From a virus, in IMG/VR virus record IMGVR_UViG_3300045988_133913, positions 1 through 64,000 of that record: a stretch of 64,000 nt of DNA. One strand, given 5' to 3'. Shown in pieces: positions 9,559 to 19,400 of the stretch; the first letter of the stretch is position 1; every line of letters begins with the position of its first letter. The position numbers were made by a program, and so were the translations under genes. The notes beneath the pieces were generated by a model, which saw only the letters and a program-made list of their open reading frames with translations, did not search any database and was not told the DNA's origin.

Positions 9559-10446
9559 ATGGCACGGAGGAAGGGGAATACCAACGAATCGCGCAACATG
9601 AGTATGGTGTTGCAAGCGTTTCAAAATGCCGGGTTGTCGCCAAACCAAGCGCGGATTCTCGCCGCCGAGGTGGGGCGGGAAAACGCATTCCAAGACCGCT
9701 ACCTGTGGGGGTATCACAAAGACCCCGGAAACGGCGCGGTCAATCTGGGGATTATCTCGTGGCAAGGCACACGCGGACGGAATCTGGAGAAACAGCTTGC
9801 GGCACAAGGGCTGATTAAGAACGGGGTGATGGAGCAGTCACAACGCGCGCTGGATGCACAAGCGCGCTTTTTGGTAAACGAGATAAAGAACGACCCTGCC
9901 TACGCCAAGACCAAAAAGCTGTTTCTGTCCAACCCGAACGTGGACTACAACACAGGCGTCCGGGTGCTGGGTAAGGACTTTATCCGCTGGCGCATCGACG
10001 ACCCGAAGTACGCTGCCAAAGGCGCGGCGTCCCGTGACGGTTTTTATCGGAAGCTAGGCGGGGTAGCCCCGCAAGATGGTGGCGTGGTGCAGACAGGAGC
10101 GTCTGCGCCCTCCGTAGCGCCGCTTATTCCGGCGTCTGGGGCGATAAACGCAGCAGCCAATACCGTGAATGACCTGATGGCACAGAACGCTCCCCAGAGC
10201 GACCTGATGGGCAAAAACGTGCTGGCTGGCAGCGTAGGCTTCGCCGTTCCAGAAACACCTTTGCAGAACAAACTGTACGGCGAGGTCGCAGAACAAGGCT
10301 TACCGCCGCAGAAAGAATCCATCGCGGCGGTGGCGGCTGATACCATCTCGAAAACTTACGACCAGATGTTTAACCAACCTTTGGTAAAATCCTCCAGTCC
10401 TAGCATCGACGCGCTGATGCAAATCTTTAACGCTCTGGAAGTCTGA
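9559..10446 (+). CDS. internal virion protein with lysozyme-like (phage-tail-lysozyme-type) N-terminal domain
   Basis: AEVGRENAFQDRYLWGYHKDPGNGAVNLGIISWQGTRGRNL resembles the conserved block of phage tail lysozyme / PG hydrolase domains. It sits directly before the giant gene. Confidence 0.35.
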   Translation: MARRKGNTNESRNMSMVLQAFQNAGLSPNQARILAAEVGRENAFQDRYLWGYHKDPGNGAVNLGIISWQGTRGRNLEKQLAAQGLIKNGVMEQSQRALDAQARFLVNEIKNDPAYAKTKKLFLSNPNVDYNTGVRVLGKDFIRWRIDDPKYAAKGAASRDGFYRKLGGVAPQDGGVVQTGASAPSVAPLIPASGAINAAANTVNDLMAQNAPQSDLMGKNVLAGSVGFAVPETPLQNKLYGEVAEQGLPPQKESIAAVAADTISKTYDQMFNQPLVKSSSPSIDALMQIFNALEV

Positions 10447-10448
10447 TA

Positions 10449-13400
10449 ATGGCGAAGAACAATTCTCTCGAAACTCCCCTCTCCATGCCTAAACTGCCTG
10501 ACCTCGACCAAGACCTGTTCGGCGCGGGCGCAGGGGCGATATTCAACCAGTCCGATGACCTGCTCAACCCGAAGGCGGTAGCGCCTCTGGGGGCGCAGCA
10601 AGGCAAACTTTCTCCGGCTGCACAGGCGCTGGCATCGGCACAGCGTGAGCAGAACGACCTGCTGAACTACGCGACTGAACAGCAGGCGAAAATCCAGCAG
10701 CAGGAAGCCCGCCAACAGGCAGCGTTTGACCGTCAGCAGGCGGCACAGCGCCGGGAAACCGACGCGGCTATCCGCCAGTATCAGCGGGACAAAAAGGAGC
10801 GCGAGAAGGCGCTGAAAGAGAAAGCGAAGGAACAGGGCGGTGTGCTAGGCGCTGGCGCGGATGGTTCGTTTGTCCTGAAGCCGATGGTTGAAACCATCCT
10901 AGCTGATAAGAATTGGAAGGACATCAAGTCCAGCTTCCAGCGCGAGGACGAGGCGCAAGGCTGGCTGAAAGAAAAAGCCGTTCAGTTGAAGGAGCAGGGC
11001 ATCCCCGAAGACCTCATCAACAACGAGCTGCGGGTGGCTGGCGCGCTGTTCAAGCAGGATACGGACGCCTACACCAAGCAGCGTTCGGAAGACCGTGCTG
11101 ACCCGCTCGATGCGGTTTCATGGCTAGGTAAGGCAGGGCGCAACCTATACAAAGGCACGGTGCTGTGGCTATCCCCGGTATGGAACAAAACCATCGGCAA
11201 AACGGGGCTTACTTTCGACACGGAGGAGTTTGTCCGCGAACAGAATGACGCGATAAATTCCATTGATTCAACGTTGTCCGACAAGATTCACTTTGCCCAA
11301 GAGAACAACGAATACCTGACCCAGAAACGCCGGGCGCAGGGTAAGGACGGACTTGTTGCAGGATTCACAGGCGGCATCGCCGATATGTGGAAAGCGGACA
11401 ATATGCTTTACACCATGCTGGACTCCGCCGCTTACATTCCTTACTCCGCCGCTGTAGGCGCGAGTGCGGGGGCGTTTGCTTCTCGCGTCGGCGCGGCTAC
11501 TCGTCTTACCCCGGCGATTGAAGGTATTACCGCGCGGGTAAACGCCGCTGCGGCTGCACCGGGTGCAAGTCTCGCGACGCGAATCGGCGCTAAAGCGGCT
11601 TCTCACCTGTTATCTTCCGAGGTAGCGGGTGGTATGGCGACTACCGGGTTCTTTGCCGCCACGGACGCCGCTGGTGGCGCATACGACGCCGTTTACAACC
11701 AAGACGAGGACACCTTCCGCCAGACCTACATCAAAGCAAACGGCGAGGAAAACTGGAACAACCTCGTGCAGTATTACGGCTCTGCGGGCAAAGCACGTGC
11801 AGCGCTCGCAGAACAGGCTGCGGTATCGGCAGGTAATTCCGCCTTCATAAACACCGCGCTGCTAGGCGCTGCCGGTTTGGAAACTACGCTGCTCAAGGCG
11901 AACAAGTTTGGGCTTCAGACGTTTGCGGGCAAGCGCTTGGCGACGGCTGGCGCTAACTCCGTGTCTGAACTCCTCGAAGAAGGCTTGACGCAATATTCAC
12001 AAAACGTCGGCGCGCAGCCTGCGACTGGCGTGGATTTGCTGGAAGGCGTGCCGGAAGCAGCCGCTATCGGTTTCGTCGCAGGCGGCTCGATGGCAGGCGG
12101 TACGCAGGTGCTTGGTGCGCTAGGCAAAGGCGTAAAAAACTACGTCGCTCCAGAGTTCGATGCAGCACGGCTTGACCCTACGCAGTACGTGCATCAGAAT
12201 CAGTTGGACTACGACAGCTATCGGCAGGTGGTCGGGCGCGAGATGGACAACATCGCACGCACCGGACGCCGGGCTAAGTGGCACGAAACTGACATCGGCT
12301 CTGCGCAGCAGATGGCGTATGACACGATAATCGACGACCCGTCCAAGTGGGAATCCTTTACGCCAGACCAGCGCGCGCAGATGCAGGAGTACCTGAAGCA
12401 AGCCTACAACATCAACACCAACCCGTATGCCCAAGTGGAGCGTCAAACGCTGACTGACATTTGGGAGAATGGCGACACGCACGTACTGAATGCTTGGCTG
12501 CAAAGCGAGGAAAAAGGCATCGGCGAGGACATACGCAACGCCTTCCGTGTCAAGCACGGTGTCGAGTTAGAGAACGTGCCGGATGGTGTGCGCGCCTACT
12601 CTGAAGCGCTGGCTAACGCTATCGACTACCAGATTGCCGCCCCGGTACTACGCGACACGAACGAGCAATGGAAGGCGATGCGGGATTACGTCAAGACCCA
12701 AGTCGAGACTAACCCGACGCTCACCCGCGAACAGCAGAAAGGCATCGACGCCATTCTCGCTAATTACCTCGATGCAGGTCGTCGTCGCTTGACCGATGAG
12801 CAAGTCGCGGCGGCACAATCACAACCGACAGGACAACCCAATGAGCCAGCAAATACCGGCGCAGGACAAGGCGCGCCTACTGAAAATACTCAACCAGTCG
12901 CAGGAGAAAGCGGTGCAGCTCCGGCAGCAGGAGCAGGAAGCACAGGCGGAGAAACCCAAAGCGTGGGGCAGCCTGACGCTGCACCGGCAGGAGGAGTTAA
13001 TCCTCAAGGCGCTGGAGTCGATAATGCACAGCAAGGAAATCAGCCCGGCGGTGGGACAGACGCTCCCGCCCAAACTGTTCAGCCTGCTGGAGGAGCAGCG
13101 CAAGCACCTGCATCTGGGGCGCAGCCGGGAGTTACAGCCCCGGTTGGAAATGCTGGTCAAACGGCTGCGGGACAAAGGGCTGCTGGACAGACCAGCGCAA
13201 CCGGACAACCCGCTCAACCGATTAACCCCGGCGCAGCGCCGCAGGCAGGAAGCAGCGGAGGCGTTGGAGCTGCGACGCCAGAACGCAATCCAAATGGTGG
13301 AAGCAACCAAGCTGCTACCCAAGCGGTCGGTGTAACGGGCGCTTATAGCCCGCAGGCTGATTTACGCGATGCTAGTCATGCGTGGGCACAGTTATCCAAA

Positions 13401-16400
13401 GCGCAAAAATCAGCTCTCGCGAAAATTGGCATCAGCACCCCGGCGCAGTTGCTGGATATTCTGAAAAACGACGACACAGTCGCCGAAGCCGGGCAACGTC
13501 TGGCGCGGACTGGTCGCGTGCGCAGCATGACGATGAAGTCGGTGCAGGACGCGCTGAAAGCCGCCCGTGACTACATCACGTCGCCAGAGTGGGTGTTTAA
13601 CAAGCTGACCCAAGACCAGCTCGGGCTTAGTGCCAACGAGGCAAGTATCCCCGCGGCGGTCGCAGCGCTTCAGGCAAGCGACGAAATTACCGCACGGAAA
13701 ATTAGCCAGCTCGCCAAAGGCGCGGCGGAAATCTACGGGCTGGAGGACGCCTCTAAGGAAGACAAAATCGCCTACGCAGCCAAGCTGCTGCTTGACATCG
13801 CACAGCTCGCCAAGACCTCACCACAGCTATTAGATGTGGCGATGCGGCTCAAGGGCGCGCCGGAATCGTGGTTTCAGGACGACGTTGACAAGCTGCTGAA
13901 GAACGACATCTGGGCGACGCTCCAGTCTGCACCGGGCATTTTTGAACAAGCCGGGGTGGACTTCAGCCAGTCCCGCCCGAACGTCACCCAGTCACAGCAG
14001 AATCTCTGGTCGGCGCGTGCGGTATTGTTCACGCTGAAGCAGAACATCAAGGCAGGCGATGCCAGAAGTAAAGCGGTTCAGGCAGGGCTGGATAAAGCCG
14101 CCAAGCGCATCACCGACATGGGCGGCGAAAAAGGACGCCTCTCGCTGCTGTTTTCGATGCTGGAAGCCGACAGCCGGGGCGAAGACCTGACAGGTTTTCT
14201 GGAAAACTACTACATCGGTTCGCGCGCTTCGGCAGATGCTATCGCGGGCGTTATCCGCGCGTATCAGGATGCGAAAACCTACATGGCATCCCCCGACTTC
14301 CAGAACAGCCTGCGGGCGGATAACTGGCTGCGGCAGGCGGACAAGTCGGTTTACGTGCAGGCTATCCGCGATTATGTGCGCAATAATTACGCAGCATTCA
14401 ACCAGATGCTGATTCAGGATGCCGAAGTGGCGTCTGGCAAGAGCGCCCGCACGCGCGTCGCTGGCACGAATTTTGAAACGCAGGCAGTAAACACCGACAT
14501 TCTTGCCGACGTACTGGCTGATGTGGTGCATAACACCGCACGCCTCGGACGGGAGTATGCAGGCGAGATTGCCCGCTCCTACGCCGGACGGGATGAAAAC
14601 GGCAACCGGGTTATCAAGCCGTCTGCGGTCAAGCGTTTTCTGGAACAAGCAGATACCATCGCAGCTAACCTTCGGCAGCAGTATCTGGACGGTAAGCTGG
14701 CGCAACAATCCACCCAGCCTGAAGACGAGTCCGAGCAGTTGGTACAACAGGGCGACGACCTTTCCCGCCTGATGGAGGAGTTCAACGCCGGGCAGCAACC
14801 GGATGCCGACGCGGTCATGGGCGACCTCGACGACGCCGTTCGCGGCATTCCGGCGCAGCCGCGCAATGGTGAGAAGCAGATTAAAAACGGTGGCTTCGAC
14901 AGCCCTGAAGCGGCAGAAGACGCGCTTTCCCCGGAGTTGTTCCAGCACCCGGAAACGGTGGAAGAACTCGATACGCTGTTGCGGTCCATCGCAGAAACAA
15001 CTGGGCTAGACCCGCTGCTGGTCGGCGAGTATATTGCTCGTGAGTGGTTGAGCCAGTCGGAAGAAGACTACGCAGATGCGTCAACAGACGAACTGCTGGA
15101 CATGGTGTACGACGCGGCTAACGATATTTGGATTTACGTTGGAGAACAGAATGCAACACAACAAATTGCAGATACAAAACGTCTCGAAGGACCTCGCTCG
15201 ATTACTGCCGACGGACGGCGCATCACGCGACAATCTCAAGACCCTACTGGGTCACTGGCAAGAGCGTTACAGCCGAACCTCTCCGGCGGCGCATACGCAC
15301 AGCTAGCCCGTCCTAGCCAGCCTGCCCCGGTGCGACTTGCGATAGCACCTGTCGAGGAGATTGTTGCCGAGTTCGGCGGGCAGGAGTTCTCCCTCGCTGA
15401 GATTATCGAGAATACCGAAAACCAGCGGGGAGACCGTTCACCCACGCTAGGCGAACTCGCACCGGAAGATAACAACGCCCCGCGCCCGGTTATCGAACTG
15501 ACGGTAAATGGCGTGAAGCACCGGGGCAGGCTATTCCGCTGGCGTGACCGCAAGAACGGTCGTAATCGTCGTCATGTGGTGTTTGTCCACGACGGCGACG
15601 CTTTCGGTATGCGTGGGTGGGACGATAAGTGGATAGACTTTGGTAATGCTGTTACCCGCAAGCGTGTGGACAGCATCAACCAAAACGACGGCATCCGCAT
15701 CGAGGTGCTGGCAGACCAATCTGAAAATCAGGAGCAAACAAATGATAAAACCGAGAAACGTACTCAGCGAACTGGGCGCAGCGAGACCGAGGATGAAAAC
15801 AATTCAGGAATCGTGGGGGACGTTCGAGATGCCGATGTCGCCGCGCGAGGAAGCGACAACACGGATGCGCGAGCTGATGAATCCGAGCAGGACGAAGGTT
15901 CTGGGCAGTCCGATGAAAGTGAACGCGGAAGTGGAGCGGCTGAAGGACGACTAGAAACCCCTGCGCCCGTAGATGTTCCGCAGGGGCTAGACTACACCCC
16001 CGAGCAGGTAGCAGAAATTGACCCGGCGTCGCTTACGGCGGATGAGCGTGCAGCACTTAACCGCCAAGACGATACGAGCGAGTTTATTGCTAACGCCCTC
16101 TACGACATCGAGGGCGCGCTGGAAGATTTCGGTGGGGAAGATTCTGCCGCCCTGCGCAGCGGGCTTGCCAAAATGGCAGCGCTGCTGGCAGACCCTGCTG
16201 CGCCAAGACGGGCTACGCCGACGACGGTTACCGAACAAGCCGCCGGGCGCAAAGAGGTTGCCGACATTATCACCGACGAGGAGCGCGACATTCTCGACGC
16301 CTACCTCGAAGACGTCGGTAACACCGAGCAGAGCGCGGAGGAGTTTGCCGAAGAAGCCATCGCCGACAACCAGTTCGAGGATAGCAGCCTGCCGAAGAAA

Positions 16401-19400
16401 GTCCGCGCTGTGCTGGAGCGTATCTGGAACGCGCTGCGCAACGGCATGGCGGCTGTCTCGATGGCGTTGGCGGTTCACCTCGGCTCAAGTATGGTCGTCA
16501 GCCAGCCTGCCGAAGCCGCGAACCTCACTCCGCAGGCAGGCGAGGTGGTTATGAGCAGCGCTGCCAAAGCGTCGCTAGACCACATCATCGACACCGCCGA
16601 CAACGGTGGACGCCCGTTTGTGATTGCCGACAAAAAGGCGGGCAAGCTGTACCTGATGAACGCCGAGGGCAAGGTGGTGGACACCACTCCGGCGCTGTTT
16701 GGCAAGACGCCTTCCGACGCCGCGAAGACGGCGGGTGCTACGGGTGCGGGCAAATACGACCTGACCTACAACCGCGACACCCGTCTGCCATCCGGTTACG
16801 CGGGCAGCGTGCAGTCGTTCGACACCGGAGCAAATGGCGAGCAGTTTGCCATCCACCGTGTTATTGACGTCAAGGGGCAGAACCGTCAGAGCCGACTGGA
16901 TAGCAAGACCGTCCGCGACAACCGCATCACGCTTGGTTGTATCAACGTTCCGGCGGAGTTCTACGACGCCCACCTAGACAACGAGCTAGGCGCGGTGCTG
17001 TACGTGTTGCCGGAAACCGCTAACTGGGGTGGCGACCTGTATGGCAAGACCCCCCGTCAGTCTGCACAGCCGACGCCACAGGCGGTTAAAATCGCAACCG
17101 AGGGTACTTCCCTTACCCCAGAGCAGTTACTGGCTGCAACGCGCTCTCAGGCGGATAATCTGATAGCGAACGTACGTGGCAACATGGACAACGCCAGCTA
17201 CCAGCCTGTGCAGGTAACACCCGAACAGTTACAGGCGGCGACGGAAGCCGGGCGGAAGGTAACGACCCAACCTGTGCAGGCGCAAGCGCCCATCCAGATT
17301 GCGGGCGTCCAGCCGTCCACGCAGACCGCCTATATCAGTCCGGTCATGGTAAACGGTGTATCCGCTAACACCCTTGTCGTGCCGTTCGAGGCGCATACCC
17401 CTGCCGAGATGCAAGCAAATGGCGTGTTCGACACACAGCCTGTAGGTAACAAGACCGAGAGTGGGGATAGCCTGTACACCATCGCGTCGTGGCTGGCTGC
17501 CGCGTTCGCTGCGGGCAAGGTGAATAGCCGTCGCAAGAAGCGTCTGGAGAGCCGCAAGAAAGCCAACGAGGAACGGTTGGCGCGGATTGAAGCGAAGAAC
17601 AATCCAGAGCTGAAGTCTGAACCGGAGGACACTTCCGTCGTTCCAGACGAAGCCGAGGTGGAAACCGCCGTCGCCGACAACCACGACGTGCAGGCAGCCT
17701 TTGCGAAACAAGCCGGTACACACAACCCGCAGACGCCGCTGTCGCAGGCGGTCGCGCAGGCTGTGCGCCAGCAGAACGTGCTGGAGAATAAAGCCGATTG
17801 GATTCATGCATTCGCGATGCGGTATTCCAGCGATGAGGCGCAGTACCAGCAACTGCTCGCCACGATGGGCAATTTCGAGTACAACCTCGGTGGTGTGCTG
17901 ACCGACCGCTCTTACACCCAGAGTGGTGACTTCCGTGACCGCAGGCGCTGGCGCGGCGACCAGACTGATGCAAGCCGTGTGGGGATGTTGCAGGCGTTCA
18001 TGCGCTTCGCAGGCGGGGCGACGGTTGCGTTCGATAATCTGTTGCACCGTGTCGGGTCTGCCGCGTTCGGACACGAAGCCGACAGCGCCATCGCCAGCAA
18101 GATGCTCTCGCAGGTACGCGCCAAGTCGTCCGGGGCGTATGCGCAGCTACACAAGACGCTCATCCACCCACTCGTCATGCAGACCGCCACGCTTGCCAGC
18201 CAGATGCGTCGGGGTCACGGCGAGATTGAAATCGACACCGGCAGAACCGCCACGCTGAACCACATCCTCAACGAAGGCGCGGAGCAGATGTGGAAAGGTG
18301 CAGAGCTGGAAATCGCCAAGATGAAGCTGGACTTGCAGGAGGTGGAAGCGCAAATCCGTTCTACCGCTGCCGGGTCGCAGATTCAGCAGACGTGGACGAG
18401 CAAGCAGTTGCAACTGCTGAAGGACATCGAAGCCGCCCAGACACTCCTAGACCGCCAGCGCGATATGTACTACGGGCGCGAGGAGTGGGACGGCACGACT
18501 GACCTGCCGGGTGGTTACACCGAGGCGCAGGCTAAGACCGAGCTGCAAGCGCTCAAGGATAAATACGGGGAAGACTTCGCCAAGATTGAAGCGCACAGCA
18601 AGGAGCTGGTGCAGACCATTCAGGGCATCCGCAACTTCGCCGCCGCTGCTGGGGTAGTAACCAACGACCAGCTAGCGATGTACAACGAGATGGGCTTCAA
18701 GGAGTACGTACCGCTGTATTCGCCGCAGGAAGATGTATCCAAGACTGACGAAAGCATCAGCATCATGCAGACCTCCCGCATGGACAGACTGCTGGAAGGT
18801 ATCCCGCTGGCACAGGCGAAGTCGATGGGGCTGACCCGCGACCTCTCCCGCTTTAAGCGTAAGGGCGCAACCAGCCCGGCGGAAGACGCTTATACCAACA
18901 TGAAGGTGTATGCGATGAACACCGCAGGACGTGTGGGGCAGCAGGGCTGGTTGCAGGCGGTGCAGCAGCTCTACGAAGGCACAATCGGCAAGCCGTACTC
19001 CGTGGCGGGTAACCTCGGCGAAGAAACGCTAAAAGAGCTGAACAGCCAGCCGGAAGGCAAGCTGCCGGGGCTGATTCGTGTGCGTCCGGGTATGGAGGAT
19101 TACCTGCCTGCCCACTTGCAGACCGCCATCGCAGCACCGGGTGGACGCATCCGCGCTATCCGCGCCAAGGGCTACAACAGCGCAGGCGAGCTGGTGGACT
19201 ACCACTACTACTTCACGGACAAGGCAATCCAGCAAGAGGTTTACTACACCTCGGACACCAGCGAGAGCTTCATGATGCGTATCGGGCGCAACGCCGGGAC
19301 AATTACCCGGTTCGCCGCGCGGATGATGACTACCTTCCGCCCCGTCTGGAACGTGTACAACTGGGTGCGGGACAGCATCGAGCGGATAAGCATTATGATT

